A stretch of 64,000 nucleotides of DNA. Origin: Rhodanobacteraceae bacterium (GTDB lineage Bacteria; Pseudomonadota; Gammaproteobacteria; Xanthomonadales; Rhodanobacteraceae). Shown here piece after piece: positions 53,947 through 63,672 of this stretch. Both the position numbers and the translations under genes were made by a program. The stretch's first letter is position 1, and every line of letters begins with the position of its first letter. The notes beneath the pieces were generated by a model. That model worked only from the letters and a program-made list of their open reading frames with translations. It was not told where the DNA came from and made no database searches. The DNA lies in contig DAIOUL010000001.1 in NCBI GenBank assembly GCA_036759545.1, positions 5,983-69,982 of the forward strand, in the 5' to 3' direction.

Positions 53947-55054
53947 GGCTCCTCCACAAGTCACGGTATACGTTCGCGTAGGCTTGTGCCATTCGATCCG
54001 ACGAATACCTTTCACTGACACGGCGGCGCAAGTCGGGCCGCGCACCGGCCTCGCCCAGAGCCGCTTGCATCGCCGATGCCAGTGCCGGGGCGTCCGCGAC
54101 CGGCACCAACCGCGCCGACAGTCCGGAAAGAACGACCTGGGTCTGCCCGACATCGGTGCATACCACCGGCCGTGCTGCGGCCATGGCCTCGAGCAGCGCC
54201 AGCGGCAATCCTTCGTAGTGCGACGGAAGTACGAAGCAATCCAGCATGGGGTAGTAGCGCTCCAGGTCATCGCGCGCCCCGAGCAGGCGCACCCTCGCAA
54301 CAATTCCGAGCCGCTCGGCGTGCGCCAACAACGCTGACCGGAGCGGGCCTTCTCCGGCGACGGTGAGCCACGCCGAGGGGGCCTGATCCGCCACGATGGC
54401 GAATGCATCCAGAAGGCCGAGCGGATTTTTCTCCTCGGACAACCTCATCGCACTGCCGAACACGAATGCGTCCGCGGGTATGCCGAACTCCGCCCGCGGC
54501 AACGGCGGTGCGTCGGGCCTGAAACGCTCCGTATCGATTCCGTTTTCCACCAGGCAGATCCGGTCGGGTGCGACGCCGGCGTGCTTCACGTCATCCTGCA
54601 TGCGCGCGGACACCACGCAGACCTTGTCGAAGCGCCGCAACAACCAGCGTTCGATCTGCGTATAAAACCGCAACCGCAGCGAAGTTGAAATCGGTCCATG
54701 GAGGGTGGCAATGATGGGTGTCGAGCTTCCATGCCGCGCCAGCCACGCATAAAACGCGCTTTTGTAGCCGTGCACATGCAGCAAGGAATTGGGTTCCTCA
54801 GCGATCCGGCTTTGCAGCGAGCGAATCGTGCCCCAATCCAGCCGGCCACGGCAGGAAATACGTTCGGCCGGGACGCCCAACTCGCGCGCGCGCGAGAGCA
54901 GCGGTTGATCCGGATGCAGAGGGCTGTCCAGACACACCAATGTGCTGCGCACGCCCATGCGAGCCAACGCCGGGATCAGACCCAGCAAGACGTATTCGGC
55001 GCCGTACACTCCCGCGCTCGAATGCAAATGCAACACATGCGGCTCAGTGTTCAC
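53927..55054 (-). CDS. glycosyltransferase family 4
   Basis: GTG at 55054; an alternative GTG is at 55036. The sequence reads VLHLHSSAGVYGAEYVLLGL ... EGLPLALLEAMAAARPVVCTDVG. Confidence 0.85.
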   Translation of the reverse strand: MNTEPHVLHLHSSAGVYGAEYVLLGLIPALARMGVRSTLVCLDSPLHPDQPLLSRARELGVPAERISCRGRLDWGTIRSLQSRIAEEPNSLLHVHGYKSAFYAWLARHGSSTPIIATLHGPISTSLRLRFYTQIERWLLRRFDKVCVVSARMQDDVKHAGVAPDRICLVENGIDTERFRPDAPPLPRAEFGIPADAFVFGSAMRLSEEKNPLGLLDAFAIVADQAPSAWLTVAGEGPLRSALLAHAERLGIVARVRLLGARDDLERYYPMLDCFVLPSHYEGLPLALLEAMAAARPVVCTDVGQTQVVLSGLSARLVPVADAPALASAMQAALGEAGARPDLRRRVSERYSSDRMAQAYANVYRDLWRSHGYAFA

Positions 55055-56207
55055 CGAGCAGGTCCTGATAGAGGCGCAGGTACGCGTTCACCATGCCCTG
55101 GAGCGAGTGCTTCAGCTCCACCGTCGCACGGGCAGTAGTGCCGAGTGCACGGCGGAGCGCCCGGTTCTGCAGCAATTCCAGCATCGCCGACGCCAAGGCT
55201 TCCGGTTGTGAGGCCTCGACCAGCCTGCCGCAGTTCTCCCCGACCAGCTCCGGGTTGCCGCCGACCCGGGTGGCGATCACCGGCAGGGCGCAGGCCTGTG
55301 CTTCCAGAATTGCGTTCGACAAACCTTCGCTGCTCGATGCCAGTACGAACACGTCCAGTGCCGGAAGAATGCTCGCAATGTCATCCCGATCGCCGAGCAG
55401 GCGCACCGCATCGGTCAATCCGTGGAAGACGATCTGCTGTTCAACCGCATCGCGCAGCGGGCCGTCGCCCACCAGCAGCAGGTGCGCGCTGGGCACGGCC
55501 GCGTGCACTCCCGCGAACGCTTCGATCAAGTCCGAGTGGCGCTTGACCGGATAGAGATTGGCGACACAACCGACGAGCAACTCGTCGCCGGCAAAGCCCA
55601 GCTCTGCACGCATGGCGCTTCGTCCCGCTTCCTGCGGAACGAATTTCTGTGTGTCGACCCCATTCGGGATGCATATCAATTTGGCGGGATCGACCCGCTC
55701 AGTGGCGGCCAGCAAATCCAGGATCGCCCTGCTGGGCGCGACGATGCGGTCGAAACGGTGATTCAAGCGGCGCATCAGCCAACGCATCCTTCCGGATTTC
55801 TGGAATCCCATGTCGCGCCGGTTCGAGAGCCGCCGCATCCGGCGAGGGTGGCGCGGCAGCAGGGCGTTTATGAGATCCGACTTCTCGTGATGCGATTGCA
55901 CGATGTCGTACTTGCCTTCTCGCACCAGCCGGCGTATGCGCCAGATGGCGCGCAAGCCCGCGAACCCGTAGATCGCGCGAACCGGATGGTAGAGCAGACG
56001 CACATGGGCTCGGTCCAGATTGCCCACAATGCTCGAGGTGTCCGGTTCGCTGGTGAGCTGCAACACATCCACCCGGCACTGCGGCGGCAATCGGCTGAGC
56101 AGGTTGCGCAGAAAACGTTCGCTGCCGCCCGCTCCGAGAATGGGTGTGTCGGTCAGCACCAGAATCCGCAGCCCTTCCGCCGCTGCTTCGCGGCCGCTTT
56201 CTTCCAT
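55044..56207 (-). CDS. glycosyltransferase family 4
   Basis: ATG at 56207. The sequence reads LRILVLTDTPILGAGGSERFLRNLL ... EGLSNAILEAQACALPVIATRVGGNPELV. Confidence 0.85.
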   Translation of the reverse strand: MEESGREAAAEGLRILVLTDTPILGAGGSERFLRNLLSRLPPQCRVDVLQLTSEPDTSSIVGNLDRAHVRLLYHPVRAIYGFAGLRAIWRIRRLVREGKYDIVQSHHEKSDLINALLPRHPRRMRRLSNRRDMGFQKSGRMRWLMRRLNHRFDRIVAPSRAILDLLAATERVDPAKLICIPNGVDTQKFVPQEAGRSAMRAELGFAGDELLVGCVANLYPVKRHSDLIEAFAGVHAAVPSAHLLLVGDGPLRDAVEQQIVFHGLTDAVRLLGDRDDIASILPALDVFVLASSSEGLSNAILEAQACALPVIATRVGGNPELVGENCGRLVEASQPEALASAMLELLQNRALRRALGTTARATVELKHSLQGMVNAYLRLYQDLLGEH

Positions 56208-56212
56208 GGTGA

Positions 56213-57652
56213 TCAGCGCTTGTAGCTGATGACGAAGAACACCACGTTTTCGTTGTAGCTCAGCCCGGGTTGGTTGCTGTTGTGCTGATTGCGGGTGAGA
56301 TTGAGCCGCCAGCTCCAGTGTGGCGTCAACTGGTCGGTCATGCTCGGACCGTAGCTGTACAGTTCATCGCGGCGGTCCAGCGAGGTGTAGCTGGTGCGCT
56401 CCGCAGCGGCGGCAAAACCGGCAGTCAGCAGTGGACGCAGGCGGTATTCCACATTGAACGCAAGCCCCGGACCCTGCTGGCTGAAAGTCGGATCGTTCAG
56501 ATAGTTCTGTTGCCGATAGTAAGGCGCGATCGAAAAACCCAGGCGCGGACCCTGATATGCATAATTGGCATCGAACCGCTTTTCGAGATAGATCTGCGGA
56601 GTGATCACCGCATTGCCCACGGTGATGCTGGTGGTGTCGATACTGGTGCCGATTTGCGTCGGATCGACAATCAGTTGCTCCGAAGCATCGGTGAACTGAC
56701 GTGTGCCGCCAATGCCCAGCGTGCTCTCCGGTGTGACGTTCCAGTTCAACAGCGCACGCACCATGCTGCCCGATTGGTCTGGCGCGCCGTCGCCGAAAAC
56801 GTATTTGGACCATCCCAGGATCGCATCGATCTGGATACTGGCAAGTTTGCTCTGGTAGCGACCGTAGATGTTGTAGCTGTCGTAGTCGGGAGTGAACTGG
56901 CCCGGGCCGGTGCCGGGGTTGGTGAAGTGCGCGTGTTCGGCTTCCACATTCGCCGAGACCTGATCGGTCGCGTTGAGCTCTCGCACCAGTCGCAGCGCAC
57001 CCGAACCACGCTGTGAATCGAAATACTTGGTCTTTGATGCGGTGGTATTGATGTAGCGGAGGTCCGCCTGCGCGCGCAACGCATTGCTGAAGTGAAGCAG
57101 CAGAGTGGGACCCGCCGAGAAGACGTTGGTCTGCTGCACGTTGGTCGGCGCGTTGTTGGCCAGGGGATTCACAGGCTCGACGCCGCTGTTTTCCGTAATC
57201 GCGAAGGCCAGCCGTTCCGGAAGCATCACCCAGTTGAGCGCCGCCGCCAGATTGCCCCGGAATTCATTGCCGAAATCGCCCTGTAGGTAGTCGCGGTATT
57301 CGATCTGCCCGACCGCATGCGCCTGCAAGGTCGAGCCGACCTGGTCATAGGAGAAGAACAACCGCGGGATCAGCAGGTCCTGACTGATCGGATCGTACTG
57401 GCTCAGATTGATGTTGCTGCTGTGTTCCGCGCCCAGTTCGAGCGTGTAGTTGAGTTGTGCGGCGGGCCCTTCGTTCGGATGGAGGCCGGAAGGGACATTG
57501 GTGCCGTAGCTCGGCTGGATGACCGGCTGCACGTTCGCGTCGGGCGGAGGCGAGGATGGCGGCGGACCATAATCCTGTGCGCCCGCAGCGGCGCTGACCG
57601 CGCCGATCAGTGCAAAGGCCACGCCGCGGGCGAGCATGGTTGGTACCGGCAT
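56213..57652 (-). CDS. outer-membrane beta-barrel protein of EPS loci (resembles TIGR03016, PEP-CTERM-locus hypothetical barrel)
   Basis: ATG at 57652 with a signal peptide (MPVPTMLARGVAFALIGAVSAAAGAQ). Alternating-hydrophobic strands with frequent aromatic girdle residues run throughout (e.g. LFFSYDQ, AVGQIEYRDY, YNIYGRYQS, FNVEYRL, VVFFVISY). Confidence 0.6.
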   Translation of the reverse strand: MPVPTMLARGVAFALIGAVSAAAGAQDYGPPPSSPPPDANVQPVIQPSYGTNVPSGLHPNEGPAAQLNYTLELGAEHSSNINLSQYDPISQDLLIPRLFFSYDQVGSTLQAHAVGQIEYRDYLQGDFGNEFRGNLAAALNWVMLPERLAFAITENSGVEPVNPLANNAPTNVQQTNVFSAGPTLLLHFSNALRAQADLRYINTTASKTKYFDSQRGSGALRLVRELNATDQVSANVEAEHAHFTNPGTGPGQFTPDYDSYNIYGRYQSKLASIQIDAILGWSKYVFGDGAPDQSGSMVRALLNWNVTPESTLGIGGTRQFTDASEQLIVDPTQIGTSIDTTSITVGNAVITPQIYLEKRFDANYAYQGPRLGFSIAPYYRQQNYLNDPTFSQQGPGLAFNVEYRLRPLLTAGFAAAAERTSYTSLDRRDELYSYGPSMTDQLTPHWSWRLNLTRNQHNSNQPGLSYNENVVFFVISYKR

Positions 57653-57668
57653 AGGCCACCTTCGGCAA

Positions 57669-58433
57669 TCAGGGTGATTCGTTGAATACCAGTCCCGCCA
57701 GCTTGCTGGGATCGAAACCGGCTACCGCTCGATTGATGCTGGCCGGAGTGTCGCGCCCGTAGCCGGCCACCACGACCACGTAGTCGGCCAGGTCAGACAG
57801 GATGCGCGCGTCCGGCGAGCCCTTGATCGGCGGGCCATCCAGGAACAGATAACGGTCCGGGTAGCGGCAGCGCAGCGAGTCCAGCACCGCGCGCATGCGG
57901 AACGAGGAGAAGTACTCCATGTGTCCATCGTGCACGTTGCCTGCTGGCACCAGCCGCAGCCGCGGAATGCCTGTGTGATAGAGGATGGGCTTGATGCCGA
58001 CCGCGGGATGTTCGAGATAATCGGCCAACCCGCCCGAATTCGGATCCACGCCCAGGGCGATGTGCTGGCTGGGCCGCTGCAAATCGCAATCCACCAGCAG
58101 CGCGGTACGCGCTTCGTCGAAAGCAAAGGCCAATGCCAGATTGCGCGCAATGAAGCTGGCGCCGGAGCCGCGGCCGACCGGTACGATCAGCGTGGTGAAA
58201 TTCTGTCCGTCGCTCAATTCCAGCAGGCGTGTTCGCAACTCGCGAAAGGAGTTGGTGAGTTCGCGCGTCGACGCATCGCCGTTGATCAGCCGTCGCGCTT
58301 CGAGCTGGTGCGGCGCAAGTGCGCCGCCTTCTTTCATCAGCGCGATCGAATGACCGGCACTGCCCCGGCGGGACTCGGACGCAACGGCAGTTTCTGCGCC
58401 CCGCAGGGTCTGTTCGCCTTCGATGGTGCTCAT
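57669..58433 (-). CDS. BY-kinase/ParA-fold protein with degenerate Walker A (polysaccharide co-polymerase partner)
   Basis: The ATG at 58433 overlaps the upstream stop. The fold signature is TLIVPVGRGSGASFIARNLALAFA (Walker A position), ALLVDCDLQRP (Walker A') and RYLFLDGPP (Walker B). No GK[ST] is present and there is no C-terminal Tyr cluster. Confidence 0.7.
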   Translation of the reverse strand: MSTIEGEQTLRGAETAVASESRRGSAGHSIALMKEGGALAPHQLEARRLINGDASTRELTNSFRELRTRLLELSDGQNFTTLIVPVGRGSGASFIARNLALAFAFDEARTALLVDCDLQRPSQHIALGVDPNSGGLADYLEHPAVGIKPILYHTGIPRLRLVPAGNVHDGHMEYFSSFRMRAVLDSLRCRYPDRYLFLDGPPIKGSPDARILSDLADYVVVVAGYGRDTPASINRAVAGFDPSKLAGLVFNESP

Positions 58434-59995
58434 GTCCCCCTCGACGCGCGGATGAGATAAAGCAGGATGTATGTCGCAAACACCGCAGCCACGATCGCCG
58501 CGGCGAGGATTGCGCGGCGGCGGTCCCGCTGCTGGTCGTGCGCGGTGCGGAAGGCCGGAATCGTCGCCAATACCGGCAGACCAGTGCTTTGCTCGAGCAG
58601 GTCGCTGCGGCGCGCGCGCGGATCGAAGCGCGCGATGCCGAACAGCAGCCCGAACGGAACCAGCACAGCCAATGCCAGACCCGCGGCGGCGAAATGCATC
58701 AGCCGCAGACCGGACGGCATCAGCGGCAACATCGCCGGATCCTGGACGGTGAAGGTGAGTCCCCGCCGCTCCTTGTCCAGATCCATCGACACGCGCGCAT
58801 TCTCGCGGCGTTTCAGCAGATCCTGATAGATCGCCTGCGTGGTCTGGTAGTCGGCCGAAAGCTGCGACATCTCATCGGCGGTCGCGGCGATTCGCTTGCT
58901 GCGTTCCAGTTCACTCTGCAATTGCGAGGAGCTGGAGCCCAGGCGCGCCTGCGCTGCGGCGAGGTCCGCGCGCAGCTCCGCCTGTTTGGTTTGCAAGGTT
59001 TGATACACCGGGTTGAATTGCACGGTGTTGTCGATCGACGTCGGCGTGCCGGCGAGCTTCGCCGCGCTTTTCTGCTGTTCAGCCTGCTGCAGTTGCTTGC
59101 GCAGATCCTCGATCTGATGACGCGTGCGCACCACGTCCGGATAATTGTCGGTGTAGGTCAACTGCAACTGCTGGAGCTTGGACTGCAGCTCCGCGATCTG
59201 TGCGAGGTAGACGCCTTCGCGCGTCTGTACCGCGGATACTTCCGATTGGCCCGAAAGCTGCCCGCCGAGCGTCGCGCTTTGCGAACCCAACTCGGCGATG
59301 TTCATGCGCGCGGTTTCCATGTCGGTGCGCAACTGTGCGATGCGCGTACTGGTATCGACCTGGTTGCCCGGCGCGGCATCCTCGTGCGTTTCCAGGAACT
59401 GCTTGATCTTGTCGGATTCGGCGTCCAGCTTCTTCTGGTATTCCTTCACCTGGTTGTCCATGAACTCATAGGCGCTGGCGCTTTCGCGCTCCTTGGACTC
59501 CAGGCTTTCCTGGATGAACAACTGCGCCATCTCCCGCGTTACCTTGTAGGCGCGTTGCGGATCGGTATCGGAATAGCTGATTTCCAGCAGATTGTCGCGC
59601 GGGGTGTCGATCGAAGTGCGCGACTTGATGTCGTTGATCAGCCGCACCTGTTCCAGCGGCGAAGGATGATTGGCCATCCAGCCGCCGTCTTTCAGGATCT
59701 GCTCCATCACCTTGCGGCTGAAGATCACCTCGGAAGCGATGCCCGCCCGATCGGCAACCGCGGTGGGAGCGGCCAGACCCTCGGTCAGCGGCTTGATGAT
59801 GTTGTTTTCCTGTACCAGGATGGTCGTGACGGAAACGAACTTCTTCGGCCAGAGCACACCCACCACCAACGCGAGCAACGCGATCACGGCGAAGATGATC
59901 ACCAATGTCAGGCGGCGACGCCTGGCTTCCGTGACAATGGTCCCCCCCAGCGCGGTGACGCTGTAGGGATTGAGCGGGATCAGATCGGTGTTCAC
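58430..59995 (-). CDS. polysaccharide chain-length determinant (Wzz/GumC-type PCP; resembles PEP-CTERM-locus subfamily TIGR03007)
   Basis: GTG at 59995. The N-terminal TM is LTLVIIFAVIALLALVVGVLWPKKF. A long coiled-coil periplasmic region follows (LQSKLQQLQLTYTDNYPDVVRTRHQIEDLRKQLQQAEQQ). The C-terminal TM is FAAAGLALAVLVPFGLLFGIA. Confidence 0.8.
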   Translation of the reverse strand: MNTDLIPLNPYSVTALGGTIVTEARRRRLTLVIIFAVIALLALVVGVLWPKKFVSVTTILVQENNIIKPLTEGLAAPTAVADRAGIASEVIFSRKVMEQILKDGGWMANHPSPLEQVRLINDIKSRTSIDTPRDNLLEISYSDTDPQRAYKVTREMAQLFIQESLESKERESASAYEFMDNQVKEYQKKLDAESDKIKQFLETHEDAAPGNQVDTSTRIAQLRTDMETARMNIAELGSQSATLGGQLSGQSEVSAVQTREGVYLAQIAELQSKLQQLQLTYTDNYPDVVRTRHQIEDLRKQLQQAEQQKSAAKLAGTPTSIDNTVQFNPVYQTLQTKQAELRADLAAAQARLGSSSSQLQSELERSKRIAATADEMSQLSADYQTTQAIYQDLLKRRENARVSMDLDKERRGLTFTVQDPAMLPLMPSGLRLMHFAAAGLALAVLVPFGLLFGIARFDPRARRSDLLEQSTGLPVLATIPAFRTAHDQQRDRRRAILAAAIVAAVFATYILLYLIRASRGT

Positions 59996-60014
59996 GTTGC
60001 TGCTCGCGGCTGCT

Positions 60015-60638
60015 TCAGAAGGTGCGGGTAGGTACGGTGATCACGTCACCGGGCTGCACCGGGTAGTTGGTCGACAGATCTCCGGATTCCAGCACCTTGT
60101 CCAGACGCACGTTGTACGCCTTGGTCGCGCCGTCCGGACCCTTCCGGTACAGCTCGGTACTGTCTGGCGCGGCGAAATCGTTGAGGCCACCTGCGGCCAG
60201 AACGGCGTCGAGCACGGTCATGCCTTGGCGATAGGGGATCGAAATCGGTTGCCGCACGGCACCGGTGACGCGCACCCGCGAGAGATACTCGTGGCTGCGC
60301 AATTCGGTCAGCACCACGGTCACCTGCGGATCGCGGATGTACTGGCCGAGCTTGTCCTTGATTTCGGCGGCAACATCTTCCGCCGTCCGCCCGCCCGCCT
60401 GCACATCACCGATCAACGGCACGGAAATCTTGCCGTCCGGACGCACCGGCGCGCTGATGCTCAAGTCCGGGTTCTGCCAGACCGTCACCTGCACCTGGTC
60501 ATCGACGCCGATGTGATAACTCTTGACCTGCTGCGCGTCGGGGTTGAAGGGCGGCGCCTGATTGGAGCCGGTAGTGGTGGCGCATGCCGCCAGCAGCAGG
60601 AGACAACCGAGCGCGATGAAACGAATGAGGGTCTTCAT
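60015..60638 (-). CDS. polysaccharide export lipoprotein (Wza/EpsA-like, Poly_export + SLBB)
   Basis: The lipoprotein signal is MKTLIRFIALGCLLLLAAC|ATT. Motifs are YHIGVDDQVQVTVWQNPDLS (PES motif region), DGKISVPLIGDVQAGGRT and TVLDAVLAAGGL. Confidence 0.85.
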   Translation of the reverse strand: MKTLIRFIALGCLLLLAACATTTGSNQAPPFNPDAQQVKSYHIGVDDQVQVTVWQNPDLSISAPVRPDGKISVPLIGDVQAGGRTAEDVAAEIKDKLGQYIRDPQVTVVLTELRSHEYLSRVRVTGAVRQPISIPYRQGMTVLDAVLAAGGLNDFAAPDSTELYRKGPDGATKAYNVRLDKVLESGDLSTNYPVQPGDVITVPTRTF

Positions 60639-60706
60639 GGCTTTCCCGTCCGCTTGATTATCCGAACCGTGAAACCTAGCACAGTCACAACCAACTTTCT
60701 GTGTTC
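60639..60706. promoter_or_regulatory. candidate promoter/leader for the 11-gene EPS export-assembly operon
   Basis: This 68-nt, less GC-rich gap (…ttgattatccgaaccgtgaaacctagcacagtcacaaccaactttctgtgttcttaacg…) lies upstream of the Wza-like start. It is the only gap above 20 nt anywhere between 61726 and 47718 on the minus strand. Inferred from arrangement only. Confidence 0.3.
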
Positions 60707-61726
60707 TTAACGTTTAGACTCAAACCCATAGAAGCCGCGATACCACTCGACAAACCGGCGCACGCCTTCTTCCACCGGCGTAGCGGGTTGATACCCCGTG
60801 TCACGCGCCAGTTCGGTCACGTCGGCGTGGGTATCCGGGACGTCGCCGGGCTGCAGCGGCAACAGGATCTTTTCCGCCTTGCGCCCGAGACAGTCCTCCA
60901 GCACCTCGATGTAGCGGGCCAGTTGCACCGGCTGATGGTTGCCGATGTTGTAAACGCGATAGGGCGCCGAAGAGGAATCCGGCGCGGGATCGATGAAATC
61001 GAAAGCAGGATTTGTGCCGGGAGGCCGGTCCAGAACGCGGATCACCCCCTCCACGATGTCGTCGATGTAGGTGAAATCGCGGGTGTGGTGGCCCTGATTG
61101 AAAACCTGGATCGGTTCTCCAGCCAGAATCCTGCGCGTGAACAGGAACAGCGCCATGTCGGGCCGTCCCCACGGACCGTAGACGGTGAAGAAGCGCAGGC
61201 CCGTCGTGGGCAAGCCATAGAGATGGCTGTAGGTATGCGCCATCAGTTCGTTCGCCTTCTTGGTCGCGGCGTAAAGGCTGACCGGATGATCGACCGCATC
61301 GCGCACCGAAAACGGCAGCTTGCGGTTGGCCCCGTATACCGAACTGGAGGAAGCGTAGACCAGGTGCTCAATTTGGCCGTGCCGACAGGCTTCCAGGATA
61401 TTGATGAAGCCGACCAGATTGGATTCGACGTAGGCGTGCGGGTTCTCGATCGAGTAACGCACACCGGCCTGCGCCGCGAGATTGACCACCCGCGCCGGTT
61501 TGAAGCTGGCGAAAGCGCGCTCGACCGCCGCGCGGTCCTCGATGCCGGCCTGCACGAACGAGAAGCCCGGACGCGGCGTCAGCCGCTCCAGCCGCGCGCG
61601 CTTCAACGAAACGTCGTAGTAGGCGTTGAGGTTGTCGAACCCCAGCACCTCATCGCCCCGGTCCAAGAGCCGCTGCGACAGCGCGGCGCCGATGAACCCG
61701 GCCGCCCCTGTGACCAGAATCCGCAT
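60707..61726 (-). CDS. NAD-dependent nucleotide-sugar epimerase (UDP-glucuronate 4-epimerase-like, CapI/LpsL/WbnF family)
   Basis: The ORF was trimmed to the ATG at 61726. The sequence reads [49 protein letters not shown], with YAATKKANE (YxxxK) and [14 protein letters not shown]. Confidence 0.85.
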   Translation of the reverse strand: MRILVTGAAGFIGAALSQRLLDRGDEVLGFDNLNAYYDVSLKRARLERLTPRPGFSFVQAGIEDRAAVERAFASFKPARVVNLAAQAGVRYSIENPHAYVESNLVGFINILEACRHGQIEHLVYASSSSVYGANRKLPFSVRDAVDHPVSLYAATKKANELMAHTYSHLYGLPTTGLRFFTVYGPWGRPDMALFLFTRRILAGEPIQVFNQGHHTRDFTYIDDIVEGVIRVLDRPPGTNPAFDFIDPAPDSSSAPYRVYNIGNHQPVQLARYIEVLEDCLGRKAEKILLPLQPGDVPDTHADVTELARDTGYQPATPVEEGVRRFVEWYRGFYGFESKR

Positions 61727-61884
61727 TCCTTTGTCCTTTTCTGCCACCGCTCCGCCCTGCGGACGCCATAGTATGCCTGCGCCGGGGCCGTGGTGCGGGT
61801 CGAGCGCTTCATCTATTGCTTTGGTCACGTAGTCCCCGGGCTCCACATCAGGGATGATCCGCTGGTCCCGCAGGGAGAGCCGCG

Positions 61885-63663
61885 ATGAAAACTATCTGCC
61901 AGGTGTTGGTGCTGCTGGCGATCGCGCTGGCGTGGCCTGCCTGGGCCGACGATGCGAAGCCCGAAAACGTGGTCGTGGACCTGCACCACATGATTCCGTT
62001 GCGCGACGGCGTGCAACTAGCGGCGACGATCTGGCGGCCTTCGGACCAATCCAAACCGTTGCCGGCGGTGCTGGTGATGACGCCTTACATCGCCGACGAA
62101 ACCCAGGAGCGCGCGGTGAAATTCGCCGGGCACGGCTACGTGTACGTCAGCGTGGACGTGCGCGGACGCGGTTCTTCCGGCGGCAAATACACGCCGCTGT
62201 ACGGCAATGGTCCGGATGGCGCCGACGTGATCGCGTGGCTGGCGAAACAACCTTGGTGCGACGGCCGCGTGGTGACTCGCGGCGGCTCCTATCGTGGCAT
62301 GGATCAGTGGCAGATCCTGGCGCAGCATCCCGCGCATCTCGCCGCCGCCGTGCCGACCGCGGCGGTGTACCCGGGCTGGGATTATCCGCAGCCCAAAGGC
62401 ATTTTCCTGAGTTACATGGCGCAGTGGCTGGCCTACACCAGCGGACATACCGGGCAGGACAACCTGTTCGGCGACGGGAAATATTGGCGCACGCGTTTCG
62501 TCGATGCGTACGAGCAGAATCTACCCTTCCACCAGCTCGCCGATCTGTCCGGCACCAATCGCGACGCGTTCCTGCAGTGGCTGGAGCATCCTGCTTACGA
62601 CGATTACTGGGCCGCGTTCAACCCCAAACCGTCCGATTACGCCACGATCAATATTCCCATCCTGACCATCACCGGCTATTTCGACGGCGACCAGCCCGGT
62701 GCGCTGCGCTATAACCGCGAATTCATGGCGAGTGCCTCGGCGAAAGCGAAGCAGCGTTTCTATCTTTTGATTGGGCCTTGGGATCATCCCGGCACGCGGC
62801 ACCCGCAGGAGAAACTCGGCGGGTTGACCTTCGACAGGAAATCGGTGCTGGACATCGATCAATTGCACATCGATTTCTTCGACTGGGTACTGAAAGGCGG
62901 CAAGCGCCCGAAGATGCTGAGCGCGCGCGTCAATTACTGGGTGATGGGCGCGGACGAATGGCGGCACGCCGGTTCGCTGAAGGATTTGTCGGATCACACG
63001 TTGCGGCTGTACCTGTCTTCGCCGGATGGCGCGGCGAACGATCTGTTTCATGCCGGCGTGTTGACGCAGGCGCAGCCGTCCGAACAACCCGCCGATACGT
63101 TCCGCGACGATCCGCTGGCGCTGCAACCGGCGGACGAATTGCTGAAGGACCAGAGCGACGATTACCTCGTCCATTCGGATGAGGCATACAAACCGAACCG
63201 TCTGATCTACGTCGGCGATCCGCTGCCGAAGGCGACCACGATTGCGGGCACGATGAATCTGCTCGCAAACATTTCCGTCGACACGCCCGATGCCGACGTG
63301 GGCGCGGAAATCGACGCGGTGCTGCCGGACGGCCGCACGCTGGTGCTGGGCCAGGACATGATGCGCGCGCGGTTCCGCCGCGATCTATCGAAACCGGTGC
63401 CGGTCACGCCAGGCACCATCGATCCGTGGCGTTTCGACGGTTTCTATTTCACCGTGCGCGAATTGCCGAAAGGCACGCGCCTGCGCGTGGTGCTGGGACC
63501 GATCAACATCCCGGACCTGCAGAAGAACTACAATTCCGGCGGCCGCATCGGCTACGAAACCGCGAAGGACTCGCGCACCGCCACGATTTCGGTGCACCTG
63601 GATCCGCAGCACGCGAGCTATCTGGAATTGCCGCTCGCAGCGGAAACACGCGACAACAAGTGA
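61885..63663 (+). CDS. CocE/NonD-family hydrolase (X-Pro dipeptidyl-peptidase S15-like), secreted
   Basis: ATG at 61885 with GGGAGA upstream. The signal peptide is [21 protein letters not shown]. Motifs are [41 protein letters not shown] and TRGGSYRG (nucleophile-elbow-like). The C-terminus has a beta-sandwich. Confidence 0.8.
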   Translation: MKTICQVLVLLAIALAWPAWADDAKPENVVVDLHHMIPLRDGVQLAATIWRPSDQSKPLPAVLVMTPYIADETQERAVKFAGHGYVYVSVDVRGRGSSGGKYTPLYGNGPDGADVIAWLAKQPWCDGRVVTRGGSYRGMDQWQILAQHPAHLAAAVPTAAVYPGWDYPQPKGIFLSYMAQWLAYTSGHTGQDNLFGDGKYWRTRFVDAYEQNLPFHQLADLSGTNRDAFLQWLEHPAYDDYWAAFNPKPSDYATINIPILTITGYFDGDQPGALRYNREFMASASAKAKQRFYLLIGPWDHPGTRHPQEKLGGLTFDRKSVLDIDQLHIDFFDWVLKGGKRPKMLSARVNYWVMGADEWRHAGSLKDLSDHTLRLYLSSPDGAANDLFHAGVLTQAQPSEQPADTFRDDPLALQPADELLKDQSDDYLVHSDEAYKPNRLIYVGDPLPKATTIAGTMNLLANISVDTPDADVGAEIDAVLPDGRTLVLGQDMMRARFRRDLSKPVPVTPGTIDPWRFDGFYFTVRELPKGTRLRVVLGPINIPDLQKNYNSGGRIGYETAKDSRTATISVHLDPQHASYLELPLAAETRDNK

Positions 63664-63672
63664 GTCAGACCA

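Noticed and set aside
53947-54408. Upstream extension of the O-antigen-ligase-like ORF.
   Set aside because: It overlaps the C-terminal GT-B domain of the GT4 gene in a different frame and is Arg/Trp/Cys-rich.
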